Origin: Microthyrium microscopicum
Lineage: Eukaryota
NCBI GenBank assembly: GCA_010405405.1
Contig: MU004239.1
Location: 1,442,722 to 1,506,721, forward strand
Direction of reading: 5' to 3'
Length of the DNA: 64,000 bases
Shown here: one piece after another, positions 12,700 to 26,195 of the stretch
Numbering within the stretch: the stretch's first letter is position 1
Layout: each line of letters begins with the position of its first letter
The notes under the pieces: generated by a model
Database searches by the model: none
Told to the model about the DNA's origin: nothing
Seen by the model: the letters and a program-made list of their open reading frames with translations, nothing else
Position numbers and translations under genes: made by a program

Positions 12700-13643
12700 A
12701 TGTCCACAACCTCCATCCTCCGAGCCTCTCTAGCCCGCGATGGCTTTGTGATAATCCCCAAAGCCATCCGCGAACCACGCCTCACCCAACTCCGCCTCGC
12801 AGCCCACGAAGCAGCGCAACTCGCCCGAGCAGGAAAATGGCAATGGATCCGCACTCTTCCCAAGCAGGCCAGCCAGCCCCTTAGGCCCTTATGCCCGCCG
12901 TACTAACGCGCATATAGTTTCCTCCCTGGAAAGAATCAGACATCTCCCACGGCATATGGGGCGTCCAACACCTCTTGCACCCCTCCATGCCCAATTCCAG
13001 CCTCTTTGCTTCCAGCTATTTCGACTCCACCATAATGTCCCCCGCCAAAGAACTACTCTCCACCGACTCTACAGCCTGCAAAGATGGGGATCTCGTCATG
13101 GAGCTGTATAATCTGCTCATACGACCTGACCACGACTTTGAACTAGTCTGGCACCGCGATGACATCCCACCCACCGCGACAGCCGAGGAGGAACGTGAGA
13201 GACTTGGCGGTAAAGCCTGGCACGCGCAGTGGAACTTGGCGCTCTACGATGACGCAAGTCTGATCGTGGTACCTGGCTCACATGTTCGTGCTCGCACGGA
13301 GGAAGAGAGGAACGCGGATCCGAAGGAGAAGGTGTTGAGTGGGATGATAGTGGTGAAGTTGGAGGCTGGGGATGTAGTGTTTTACAATAACAATATTTTG
13401 CATCGCGGGGTGTATGATAGTACAGTCGAGCGGTTGACGTTACATGGAAGCGTTGGACATTTGAATGGCCAGGCTGAGAGGGCGAGAAATGTGTTGCAGC
13501 ATGGAGTGGGGAGTTGGGTTGGGGAGGCGGATTTTGGGGAGTTGGATGGGGAGACGAGGAAGAGGGCGGAGGGGATGAGGGAACGGTTGGTGGAGATGGG
13601 GAAGGCGGCTGGGGAGGTGGGTTACTTTCAGGAAGATGTTTGA
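12700..13643 (+). CDS. Phytanoyl-CoA dioxygenase (PhyH) family Fe(II)/2-oxoglutarate dioxygenase
   Basis: RDGFVII N-terminal motif, WHRDD (HxD) and distal HRG; in-frame join requires intron 12868-12917. Confidence 0.85.
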
Positions 13644-14058
13644 ATTGATATTGGGTGTTGATACATGCTATGGTAATGGGATAGTCTACAGGTTATGAGG
13701 ATATGATAGGAATGCTAAGATACTTCAGTGCGCGTCGGGCATCTGTTCCGTCCGTGGCTCTCGTTGGTAGCGTGGATGTTATGCTGCGATTTTGAAAGAC
13801 TCCAGGATAGTAGCTGCTTTCTAGGGACGCTTTACAATTGCAGTCTCTCTTTGGTAATGTTGGGTTTGTGATGGACTCCATGATAATAAATGCTTCCGTT
13901 CCTTGTGATTGCGGCTTCTCATTGGTAATGATGAATTGGACTTTATTCTTGGGTGTCGAAAGCCTGCCCTCTCTGTCGTGTTGATATGTGTCCCGTCAGC
14001 CGAGCTGAAGGATGGTGATAAGGATGCTAAGGCCATGATCATACAGTTCTGTACTGAT

Positions 14059-16320
14059 CTACAATACGTGGATAGAAATAGGTGTAAATGTCTGATCAAG
14101 CGTGCGAGATTGAGAGACTCGAAGCATGCTCTTGGTACCAAGACTCAGCACATGAAGCAATCCCATAGCCGCAATTTGCCGATTATTGGTGGCAGGCGGC
14201 AGTAACTCTTCGAAGGTAATGTGGTCAATATCAACTTCCTCAGCACCAAGTTGAGCAGATCGTTGATTCTCATCGTTTTGCTTGTCAAGGATAGCCTGTT
14301 GCACATGGCCGAGGAAGTTGCGGCTGTCCTTGTCGAGAACAGAGTGTAGGAATGCAGAATCGTTTGCAGGGACTGGAAGGTCATTGGAGGTGGAAGTCAG
14401 ACCAGCAGGCATATCGTCTATATTCATGAATCCATCATCGTCTTCGATCGGTGGATGCATGGGGCGTCCAGGTAATGGTGAAGCACCCATCAGACGAGAG
14501 GCGCGGGATCTCAGTGCAGATTGCGGATACTCTGGTGGTAGTGAAGACCCGCGTAGCGAGGCTGAGATGTTCCATGGCATTGCGGAGGATGGGTCTTCAA
14601 GGTCTGCAGCGCCAATACGAGGAATTTCGATGTCATTATCTTGCATCATGGGCATATCATCTTCTTGTGGAGCTCCTCGAGCTTGCTCCATATTTTCAGT
14701 GCGAGCACGAACATTGCGTTCCGCCTCGGTAGGATCTGCCTCTGCGCGACGCTTTTCAGGAGTTGTTTGAAGACGAACACCGGTGATCATCTCGAACAGA
14801 GCAATGCCGCTGAACATTGAGGCAAGCGGGCTTTGGATGATGGATCCAAAGACTCCGTCAGTGATACTATTCAATCCGGAGCCTAGGATCCAATGTTCAG
14901 CATTCTTCTTGGCTTGCGTCGGCATTTTGTTGCGGAGATGAATTTTGGAGGCTTCCAGCATGTTGGCACCGTAGTTCAGCATTTGGTCTTTCAGAACATG
15001 AGTGCGGAATGAAGTTGCACGGTCGTACTGAATGGGTTTTCGCACTCTATTGCGCAGAGGAGCGTTAAATTCCTCTTCTTCAGTGACGGATTCGATGATA
15101 GCAGCCGAGCTGGTAGGTCCTCCGCCTGTTGGTGCGGAGAGGTCATCTGATGGAAGGGGCATGTCGTCTCCAATCATTGGAAGATCGAGGTCCATTTCGT
15201 CGCCGAACTACGAACAGTTAGAACGATTGAAAAGCAAAGTGGTGAGAAGTCTATGGCGGACTTCGATCCCCGAGCGTGGTCAATTCAAGAGCCAGTAGAG
15301 ACATACCTGGATATTCCCATCATTGAGAGCTTCTAGGTGCTCACGTCTAACCTGTGAGCTTGCTCGGTCACTGCGATTTAGTCCTTGCTGAGTCGTCGGT
15401 CGAGGAGTTTTTGGTTCGATTGTGATCTGTCATTTGTGAGCAGAAATATTTCAGGAGAATATCAAATTCAGTGCTAGAGAACATGGCAGAATGGTCGATG
15501 ATCGCCTCTCATAGTAAAATCAAGACAGACAGAATATAATGCATAAAGCAATTGGGAGACTCACCAGATTTCCATCATCACCAAACACGAAATCAGCATC
15601 CTGCAAGTACTGTTCATCCTCTTGACGACCCAGTGCGCTACTGCGGCCATGCATGCTAGTACCAAACTCATCATCGCCAGGGAGGCCAAAGCCGTCATGT
15701 CCGAGTGAGCTCGATGATGGAAGCAGCAAATGCTGAGAATCCCCTGTTTTGGTAAATCCCTGAGACGTGTGCAGTGAGCCATCATCGACAGCCCAATCGA
15801 TCTCAGTAGGCTGCGAGAGAAGACCAAGATCCATGAGAGGGATATTGAAATCCGGCAGATACATCTCATCCACAGGCAGAGTCAATTCCTCTGGTCTACA
15901 TCCTAAATTAGTCTCTCTACTAGCGTAAAAATAAAGCACTCACCGTGCGCGACTATCCACATCAAGTTTCGCGAGACGAACTGCATGAAGAACGCCCTTG
16001 AGACCATTCTGAACAGACTGGGCATCGGATAGAACATAGCCCGCTTGCTGGTAGTAGACACGCGTAATGCCATAGAGAAGATTGCTCTGGAGGCGTAGAG
16101 CAAGAGGCGCGTCAGGAGTGATAACGACGTTGCATGCGCGAGTGACGTTGACCTGTTCAATTGCCTTGCGAGAGATCTTTTTGCATGTGGAGCGCTGACC
16201 GAGCGTTGCGACGAGCCTGTGGATTGTTAGAGATGGCCGTTAAGGGATGACAGCAAAGACTTACCAGACGGTGGCGATGCCGTCCTTGCGCGAGGTCAGA
16301 ATCTCGTGAGAGTAGAACAT
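14059..16320 (-). CDS. rec8: Meiotic cohesin kleisin Rec8 (Rad21/Rec8 family), multi-exon
   Basis: N-terminus MFYSHEILTSRKDGIATVW|LVATLG..PMALRV(S/Q)-type region; C-terminal winged helix FEELLPPATNNRQIAAMGLLHVLSLGTK. Confidence 0.88.
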
Positions 16321-16877
16321 GCTGACAGAACTAGAGAGGAATAGAAGCCTCCAGTGACTTAATAGAGCTGTGCGTTATGGAAACAGAGGGGGAGCCCAGT
16401 GAGGGACAAAACGCGTTGATTATCGAAGTGCGCGTCGTGGATCAGAATTTTGTCATTTCTCGGAAAGTCAGGTGGATCAAAGAATAGACAAGTCGAGACG
16501 GGGAGTCTGGTGAAACTTGGGAACTGGTTTCTCTAGGACAATTTCTGCATTCGGGAGCCTGCTGAAGTTGGGAGCCTTCCAAATCGAGAACTCACGATAC
16601 CTCGTGGTCTAGTGGACTAGTACCGATTAGCCAATTGTGTCCACATCGACCGAGTTTTTGGCTGCATGTTTCTCCTGGTATAGTATCTTACTAGGCGATG
16701 TATAATTAGTGTCCTGGTAAAGAAAGAAATTGGAGAGTGCACTCTGGTACAGAACTGAGATGCATATTGATCTATATCAAGTTTTTGATAATTCTTCTGT
16801 AGGCATACTTGCCAGCTGCTGCTAGCTCTATTTTGTGCCATACTACTTGATATCTAATACTGAAGATACCCAAAGAA

Positions 16878-18809
16878 CTAGCTAGAAGAGGCTCCTGCTG
16901 TTGTCGCATCTTTTGTCTCTTCAACAATTGGCATTGCAACGGCTCGATACAAGAGTACGAGGGCGCTGTGGCTTTGTCCTGTTGCAAGTTAATTTCAATT
17001 TGCTCAGTGATAATAGGCTTTCTTACCTCCACCGGAAAGCTGCTCAATGCGATCCGACTCATATTCTGACACTTTGTCATCATTAAACCACCACCATTTG
17101 CCATCCTCAACTTCCTCGCCAGTTCGCGGATCCTTGACGGGGCTCTTTTTGACGAAAGCAGTGTAATGACCGCTATCAGCTGTCATTCCCTGATGAGTAA
17201 TGATGCCTCTAAGCTCGTAGAGCCCGGTATGATTGGTAGTGGGGTCTGCTGCGTCCTCGGGATTCAACATGGCGCGTAACTCCTGCTTTGCTGCCAGTAC
17301 TGAAGCATGACGCTCAGCCTCAACTTCCGCATCAGTCTTGAAAACAACACCTTCCATATCTACATCTACGTCCGGCTTCTTCTCTTCCTTCTTGTCCTTG
17401 TCCTTGCCTTTTGGAGCCGCGGCCTCTGCAGGTAATGATTTTGACTCGTCCTCTCGGTTGCGCTTCTGTCTCTTGCGAGCACGCTCATGATCTTCTTGCA
17501 TACCTCGAACCTCGCGGAACTTGTCTCGAATTGGAGTCAACTTCTTCGAGAGTGTTTCGCCACAGAACTCAACGACATCCAACTCTTGAGGAAAGACCAC
17601 CTTCTTCATGATTTTTGCTTTCTTGTTAGAAGTCCGTCGCCAGTCAAAGCGCATATAATGAACAGTCAGATACTTCGGTAGTCTGTTAATTATTAGCTCC
17701 AAGCTCTTCAAATGGATGTTCGAACAAATGGTTGTGGGTCTGACGCTACTAGACTCAGATCCTACAACTTACCGCGTAATTTTGGAAGTTTTGGTGTAAA
17801 TCGCATCCCGGTCCAATACTGAAGATCGCTTTTCAATCTTCTCGACCAGACCATTGGCAAGACCGTCACGAAGATGACTGACTTCTCCGTTGATATGACA
17901 ATTTAGCTTCAAGAAAGTGTCGGTAGACTTGACAGGCTCTTCACCACCCTCCTTCGCGGCCTTTTCGTCGCACTCCATAATCGACTCAAAAGTGCCTGAC
18001 ATGTACTGATCCACAAACGGTATTTCCTGCTCCTTTCCGTCGGTGCCTACTTCCTTGGTCTTTACCTTTTGTCGGATTTGAGAAATGACTTGAGACCATG
18101 CTTCTTCGGCATCTTGCTGCGCATAGCCATTGCCATCGCGAGCCCGCTGAGCGAATTGGGGGTATGTGGCGCGTAGGGAGTTGAGGAACACCACCGGCGT
18201 AACCGGGTATTGGGTCTTTGACATTTGGTTGAACAGATCACGAAGACTGCCGACAAGATCGGAAGACATGCCAGATGAGCCGAGAAGTGAGGCGAAGGCA
18301 GAGCTCGCATCTGACTGACTGGAGGACTGGGATGATTTCCCAAGTTCTGACTGGAGTTCGGGGATGCTTTTCAAGGTTTGAATGGTAGCATTCATATAGC
18401 AGGTGTTTCCTAGGTTTTGTAGTCCAGGAGGAATGGCACCCTCGGACTGAGCGGCTTCAGCTTCTGTCATATCTTCGAGAAAACGAATCTTTTCTTTTGG
18501 TTTCTCGATTACAGTGCCGCTTCCAGAAGGAGAACCCATCATCATGAAAACATGGCCCTTTTTGGCGCCTAGACTGCTCAAGGGGGTATCATCCTTGAGC
18601 TGCCCGCCTTTCACGAGTATCTTTTGGCGTTCAGGTTCTACGCCAGTCAACGAGTATAACTGGAACTTGAAGGTTTCGCCGTTCGATGAGGGATCGAGTT
18701 CGACATCGTACTTTTTGCCTTGGTGCTTCACCACAACTAGAAATGGGGGATTAGCGAGCCTTGACTGCAGAACTCTCTCTATGGCGGGCTTACCAGGGAT
18801 TGTAGTCAT
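16878..18809 (-). CDS. UBP6: Proteasome-associated deubiquitinase Ubp6/USP14
   Basis: N-terminal Ubl domain (TGVEPERQKILVKGG), Cys box GLQNLGNTCYMN, QQDAEE, His box THQGMTADSGHY, WFNDDKV; last exon QSHSALVLLYR ends at 16878. Confidence 0.95.
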
Positions 18810-19250
18810 GGTTGAGCTCGAGTAGATGGTATTAGGAAAATGAGTAAGTTTGTGAGGGCGCAGATGTGGTGTGTTTGACAGAAAGACTTGATAATTGAAG
18901 AGCCAAACGTAGGTGGCAAGCGAAGATTAATAGGTGAAGCACCTGTTTGGAGTATCAATCAATGAAGCTTGATGATGTTTTGGTGTGGCTGACAACCGGG
19001 GGCAACTGCGGATGAGGGGCGACTGACGCGGTGGAAGGTGCCTGAAACTGCTCTTTCCTTTTGCGGTTTAACCTTTCTCCGCGAGAGCCTCTTCTCTTTG
19101 GCAACCACGACTGCAATAATGCCAAGACTTTGGGATGCCCCACCACCAAGCTGTTCTCCCCCTTGGACATCTCCAGCTCCCAAACAGGCAAATATCCGGC
19201 TTCATTTCCAATGTTCTAGGGTGTGGGTACTCTCTTAGCCACTGGTAACC

Positions 19251-19863
19251 ATGGTACGTCTCCGGCTGCTCTATAGATTCTCCTCGAATTAGCTAACAGT
19301 TGTGGCCAGTCTCAATCTCTTCGTCCCTACCTTCAATGTGTCCGATCATCCGTCACCGCTGCTCTCTCGCTGTCCAATTTCGCATCTCAAGTCGCCGAAC
19401 GTCATAATTTCCCCGAAATAGAAGCAGGCTACTCGCCTGAAGCTCTTCTTAACCCTCTCACCGTTGCCCGGAATGACCATGAACGCGTCTTCATCGAGCC
19501 CAGCATCAACTCGGTGCGCATAAGCATCAAGATCAAGCAGGCTGACGAGATTGAGCATATTCTCGTCCACAAGTTCACACGCTTCTTGACTCAAAGAGCC
19601 GAAGCATTCTTTATCCTGCGCCGGAAACCAGTCAAGGGCTACGATATCTCTTTCCTGATTACAAACTTCCATACCGAGGAGATGCTGAAGCACAAGCTGG
19701 TGGATTTCATCATACAATTCATGGAAGAGGTGGACAAAGAAATATCGGAGATGAAGCTCTTTGTCAGTCAACAGCATGTCGAGTACCGATCTCTACTAAT
19801 AATCTCCAGTTGAACGCTCGAGCTAGATTCGTTGCCGAGTCTTTCCTAACGCCCTTCGACTAA
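19251..19863 (+). CDS. ARC19: Arp2/3 complex 20-kDa subunit (ARPC4)
   Basis: [50 protein letters not shown]; introns 19254-19309 and 19763-19809; first coding exon is the ATG alone. Confidence 0.96.
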
Positions 19864-20152
19864 TTCCAAGGAATAATTCATCCCGCGTTGCACTCGTCGC
19901 CTCCATCAAAGCTCCCCTATCCACTCGAGCTCATTAACCGTTACGATCACACTTGAAGCATTAGAAAGAGCGAATTGCTCCTGCAAACAAAAGCCAAGAA
20001 CTGCAAAATAGGGTAGATAAACTGGCTTGCCTGCGGACGCTTCGAGCGACAGGCACAGAAATCAAAACTGGCACACAGTCAGATTGAAAGTCCGAATTAG
20101 CCCACTTTATTATATATCGTGTTCGTTGCCGGAACAGAAGGTCTTTGCTGCA

Positions 20153-21212
20153 TTACACTCCCGCTGCAAATGCCATACCGCCCAACACAGCCATGCCCAG
20201 AGAGCCCAAAGGCGCACCCGTCATCATAGCATGATTAGCCGTTGTCGACGGTTTACTACTACTAGTAGTCGATCCTGATCCTACGCTTGCGCTCGTCTTG
20301 CCGGTGCTTGTACTAACCCCAGTCGTTGTGAAACCAAGAGTAGTACTCGCAGATCCAGACCCTGTCGATGCAGTAGCTGCAGTAGCTGATCCTATATTCC
20401 TCAGTCAGCAACCATGTCCGCGCGGCAAAATCTTCCTCCAAGAGATTCCATCAAATCACCCAGCATGAAAATCACACAAACAATTCGCTGATCATTCTCG
20501 TATGGAAGTAATAAAGAACTCACCACTAATTGCCCCTAGCCCTTGTTTTCCTGAAGGTGTGTAGTAGAGACTGACTGCACTGTCACTAGGAAATGAATCT
20601 GTTCGACTGGTTGCGCCTGTTGGTGTGCCTGTCACCTTTGCGCTTTTGAATACTCCTGCAATGTCCGTGGTGGGTGTTCCGGTGCACATGGAACTGCTGG
20701 CGGCACTGGCTTGGAGGAGGTAGCCGTTGTATTCGCGCTCACTTAGACCGCCGTGGACTTCGAGACATTTGCGGCACGCGGTCCAGTCGGCGAAGTAAGT
20801 TGATGGGGCGTTGCAGAGACATTCTGCTGAGGCTTGATAGTCTGTGGTTTGTTAGATTGGGGCTGGTGTATCAGTCTCGGAGTGTGAGGTGAGGTTGGAG
20901 GGAAATGGTAGCTAGATGCGAGGTGGTTGTCTTCGTAACAGCTAGATGGTTGGGCATGCTAGGGAATGGCATATAGGTCCGGGCAGAACGGGAAGACTTA
21001 CCGACTGATGCTGTCCCGTTTGGTTTGCATCCAGCTTCGATCGACACGATTGAGATACAAGGAGGGATCACGGTAGGGTTGGTGATGTTGGGCGAGCACA
21101 TGGAGTTGAGATAGTCTTGACTGGGGGCTGCGCGGCGCAAGAGCGAGTGATCAACATCGAAAATTGAGCCATATACCGGAATGGCGAGGAAGAAGAGTGT
21201 AACTGACTTCAT
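20153..21212 (-). CDS. Secreted Cys-rich, Ser/Thr-tailed, probably GPI-anchored cell-wall protein (resembles the Mcl1-type N-terminal domain)
   Basis: Signal peptide MKSVTLFFLAIPVYG; PPCISIVSIEAGCKPNGT..ECLC..YFADWTACRKCLEVHG; Thr/Ser-rich tail; hydrophobic C-terminus; two introns. Confidence 0.75.
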
Positions 21213-23168
21213 TTCAGATGTTATGTCTGAGATGTAACACGTTTTGGGCGAATGGAGATGATTTGGGCGGGACACGGTTTACAAGCCAACACGAAGGAGC
21301 GATCACAAAAGTCTTATACCAACAATTACCGGCTGTTGAATGACTGGTAATTGAGTGCATTTTTATCACTTTTAAGCAGGGCTTTGGAAAATGCTACAAT
21401 AATAACCGTATTCCAGGTAGTATGTGATAGTGGTAGGATCGAGGGATTCATTTATCAATATTCCTTCCGTGCTGAGTGGTATGGCACTTGCTCAGATCGA
21501 TCATTGGCTGAAAGAACTTGGAAGCTCCGATGGAGTTGGCAATAGTCAACGATACTACTACGGTACGAAGAGAATCTTCGGCTCGTCGAGTCCATCGTAC
21601 TGGGTGCAATGGCTTGCTTCGCGGCTGCTAAACCTCGACCGTGGACTTCACTTGATGTAATGGCTCACATCACTTCAAGATAACGAATTCCTTCTACAAT
21701 TAACGATATGTCTCAATTCTTATCATTTTACAGCCGAAGAGAAAGTAAAAGATGTGTACCGACAGAGATGCGACACCCAATGATTGGTCCTTGAATCACT
21801 GGACGTCTGTCAGCTAGCCGGGCTCCAACGACTTTCCGAAAATCGGCCTTGATACTGCCATGATGCACATGAAACACATATAATGTCCAGGTAGGTACTT
21901 GAGTCCCTAACAAGCTCGCAAGAGCGCAGCTCTAGTGCGACTAGGTACATACCAGGCCCGAGGTACCTCATTCACACCATCTCGAATCGGCTTATAGAGA
22001 TAGGACACTGAGCCTGGACATGACATTTGAGAGCTGGGCAGTAAATGACAGATGGCATTAAGCTAAAAAAATCATTCAATATCACCAAGAATCAGTTCTT
22101 TTTTCACTGACATAGATAGTACGATTTCGATGAGTAATTGTTTCTACTTCGTTTCCCGCTTCTCAGTGTTGTTGAGATTGTTTCGAAACATCAAGATGGC
22201 CAGCAAGTCGGAGACCTTCCCCTCCTCAATCCTTGAATTCATCGATGTTGGCAGGGTTCACTGATTTTTGGACCAGGTAAACTATTCGAGAGGCTGGTTT
22301 TCGGTCACGTTGGAATCCAGAGCCTTGAAGATCTCAACGTTTGACTCCTTGGAACAATCACCTCCTGCCAACATATAAGGCTAAGGCACGACTCGCTTGA
22401 CAGGTGACAGACACGAGACGTTAAACTTGAACGAGATAGTCAACCGACAAGTAAACTCCAAGATGTATAACTATTGGCTACAATTGACAGCCATTAGCGA
22501 CTACTGGATGCATCCATGCATGAGTGGCTTCAGGCATTCTACTTGTCTTGCCTACGAAAGCCTCGAGTCATGCCCTTGTGGCAGCCAAGTTCGTACCCCT
22601 GGTATGTGAACAAGGCTCGCTACCGTGAAGAACATGATTCCTGTAGAATCCATTGAAAATTTCGAGTCTCGAAATCCCTTTGTGCATGCTTGCTCAACTC
22701 CCGAGGCTAATACCATTAATGGCCGCAAAGTACTGAAATATTCCTGGTTCTTCAATGAAAACGAGTCATTGTTATCACGCCCAGCTGCATGTATACGAAT
22801 ATTTTACCCCATAAACAGCTACTCCCCATTGTTTCTTTCTTGACCTTATACGAGCTACATATTCCAGAATATGATTTGCGTACTTGCGTAAACTCTAAAT
22901 CCGCAGACGGAATTTGCCGTCTCTAATAACTCATTGCCAGTAAGTAAAGTCTTTCACCACATTCTTTCTGTTTATACAACCTATGCTATGGAATTGCTTA
23001 AAGAGTACATATGGCTCTGGTAGTGGGACGGGAGATATGAGCGCTGTTGGAAAGTTTGAGTATTGGCAGATCATGGCAGTCAATTGACCCCGAACCAAGT
23101 CCTTCTTTGACATCAAATGATTATGGAGAGCTTTACTAACTTCACTGGAGTCAGATTCAATCATCATA

Positions 23169-25240
23169 ATGAGCCTCGCGGACTTTAAAACGAACCCACC
23201 AACAGATAATGGCATTTTGACTCCTCCTCCACCGGGCGACCCAGCTTGGAGTACTGGTCGTCGAGAATGGATGCTCCCATTTGCTCTGGTCATTGAGATC
23301 GTAACTACAGTATTGCTCGTTATCAGGATATTTTCACGGATAAGCAAGCTAGGCGGGCAAGCCGGTGTAGACGACATCCTGATCGTCATAGCATGGCTGT
23401 TAGGGGCAGGCGTCACAGCATGTTGCATCTACGGTTTGTCCAGACTCTTCCCGAATCACTAAGCTAGCATAATACTAAAGATATCAATAGGTAGCAAAAG
23501 GCTGGGCTGGGATGTTCATATGATGTATTCACCGGCGGGAGAATGGCATCTGAGCGCCCTGGTATGTTTACTGTTTGAACTCTGGCAGTGATGAGGTCTG
23601 TTGCTAACATGATGGGCAGGTCACCATAATCGCGGAAGAGTTCTTTGTGTACTCTCTATTGTGCACTAAATTCTCGGTGCTGATGTTCTACCGTCGACTC
23701 GTGAAAGGAACGTACTCCGTCCACTTCAAATGGGCCCTTTGGTTTGGCATGTTTCTCGCTGTGGCCTCGAGCGTTATTCCAACAGTGTTGTCATTGACAT
23801 CTTGTACTCCCTTCAAGGCCAATTGGTGGCAATGGGATATAGGTTATGTGTATGCTAACGCATATCATTTCCACTGTCGAAAGGTAGCCAAGAAAGTCCT
23901 GGCCGCGCGGGTCAGTGGGGCATTGAGTGTGATTACAGACTTTTACAGCGTTATGCTTCCCGCTGTGTTGTTGCTGCGAATCAGAATCAACAAACGGCAG
24001 CGATGGGGTCTAATTGCAGTATTCAGTGTCGGTTACTGGTACGTTCTACGCCAAGAGATATGTCGAAGCGAGGCTAATTTGCTGGTCATATAGTGTTGTT
24101 GCTGCTGGATGCGTCAGAACCTACTATCTTTCGATCGCTGAAGAACCCATTGCAGATAAGAGTTGGACGCTATTTCAAGTTTGGGCAGCGAGCCTCGTGG
24201 AATGCAATGTGGCCATCATTTGTGCGTGTGCTCCTTCACTAAAATCCGTCACTGGACGATTCTTCCGCGATCTGTCCAGCAAGGGCGGCAGCAACAGCAA
24301 AGGTAGCAGCGAGACACCCAGTACTTCAACATATAACAGCGATGAGCCGCTTAAGAAGAAGGTCGAGGTCAGCTATAACAGCAAAGTTCCTTCTCAATCG
24401 CAGGTCTCCAAACGTGGCATCAGGAACTGGCATTTTGGCTCGAAGCGAGACAATGTTCAGGACGATATGTACTATGAAGACCCGGACGCCGACATGACAT
24501 CTTTCATCAAGACTCACGAATATGGCATCGACCCAAGAACGTCAGTGGCGGAAGCATACGATCATGATCTAGTTACCAGATTCGAGTCAAACTCCAGTTC
24601 AGATGCCCACGATGGTGAAATATCACTATCTCCGCGTCTTGACAACTCGGGATTTGCGCTTGCGAATTATCCAGCCACTCCACCGCCTACGTACTCCGCA
24701 GCTGCGACTCGTCAGGCTTCTCTCGGAAACATCGATCAACACACAAGAGCCACAGCCAGCTCCACACAACAAATACAAAGTCCTTCAAACCAGCAATTGT
24801 CAGTGGCTTCAAGCCAGCATATACCGAGTGCTTCAAACGCCCGAATTGTATACATACAACAGGAAGCCGCACGGCAAGCTCCCACCGAGGAAGAGCATTC
24901 TGGCACGTCCAGCTTTATATTCTTCGACGGCAACGATGGCGCAGAAAGAGTCGTTCGAGGTCGTCACAGCGACTTTCTGGAGTCAAGCACGACCAGCAGC
25001 GAATACGACTACTTGTCGTTTCCGGTCATGAATCCAGTCATCTCACGAACACAATCTCTTCGAGATGCCGCAGAGCTCGCTCGCCAACAAGCTCTTACGA
25101 ACGCGGCAAGTACTGTTCCGCCCCAGCTGCATGGATCTCGTTCAGCGAGCACGATCAGAGCAAATAATTGGCCACTTTCTCCGCATTCTCCAGGCAATAG
25201 CTATCGAACGATCGAATATCAGCCTGAATCCAGGCGATGA
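23169..25240 (+). CDS. PTH11-like 7-TM integral membrane receptor (no CFEM domain seen) with long cytoplasmic tail
   Basis: GVDDILI, KFSVLMFYRRL, CTPFKANW, ITDFYSVMLP, ECNVAIICACAPSLK; three short introns. Confidence 0.88.
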
Positions 25241-25436
25241 TACCGGTAGTGGCGGCTTGGTCAACCTCACCAATGAATGGACGACATCAATCATTCTCGC
25301 CTTGACATCTCCTAGTAGATAATCACTGTATTTAGCGGGCTGTAGTACTGTCTAATATCATTCGTTTACATCAAGTTATAGAGAGCTTCACCTTCACGCA
25401 TTCCTTAGCATGTGAGTTTTGAAATGTACATTATCA

Positions 25437-26195
25437 TTATTTGTATATGTATGCCACCACAAGTATGACCAGCATGGTGAATCGTTCCATTTTCCACATC
25501 GATAATCGAAAACCAGAGCTAGGCGTGGCATTGGCGCTGGGATTCGAAGAGGCAAGAACCTTCTTTCCACTGGGATATTGGATATTGTAGACCGGTAAAC
25601 TCGTCAACGCCACCGGCATTCCCAGCTGATGTTTACATGTTGCCTGGTTCGACTTCGACAAGTCCAGGGTGCAAGTTTCGTCGTACCCATAAGAGCATAA
25701 GCTGTCCAGAATATTATATAAAACATAATTCTTAGCCACCCAGCTGCTCGTTTGCGAAATACAGCTTGCGAGAAAATCCATGCTATTCGAAGCGCTCAAC
25801 GGTAATTTATGCCCATCCGTAGTTATCAAACTGGCGCACTTCGATGCGTCCACAGCCTCGTACTGCATTTCGGTCGCGCCGCCGGCTGTTGGCTTTGATG
25901 TCGCGGATGAGCCGGTTATGAGATAGTTCCAGGCATCGTAGCTAACATCGTATGCGCCGCCCGATTGATCGACTCGAAGAAGATACACGGATCGGCCACC
26001 GTATGATAGGGAGACGCAGATATTGGTGCAGTCGACCGACATGGGCCAGTAGGCGATTCGGTTGGTGTTTACATAGCAGCCTAGCACGCCAACGGAGGAC
26101 GAATAGCTATCGTGGGGAGTTGTCCAGACTGTTGTGGTGTCTGCGACAGCGCAGATGGAGGCTGCGAGCCATGAGATGAGATATGAACCGCGCAT
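25437..26195 (-). CDS. Secreted cerato-platanin/barwin-like (DPBB) protein with hydrophobic C-terminus
   Basis: Signal peptide; TPHDSYSSSVGVLGC..RIAYWP..DCTNICV..DQSGGAYDVSYDAWNYL. Confidence 0.75.
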   Translation of the reverse strand: MRGSYLISWLAASICAVADTTTVWTTPHDSYSSSVGVLGCYVNTNRIAYWPMSVDCTNICVSLSYGGRSVYLLRVDQSGGAYDVSYDAWNYLITGSSATSKPTAGGATEMQYEAVDASKCASLITTDGHKLPLSASNSMDFLASCISQTSSWVAKNYVLYNILDSLCSYGYDETCTLDLSKSNQATCKHQLGMPVALTSLPVYNIQYPSGKKVLASSNPSANATPSSGFRLSMWKMERFTMLVILVVAYIYK

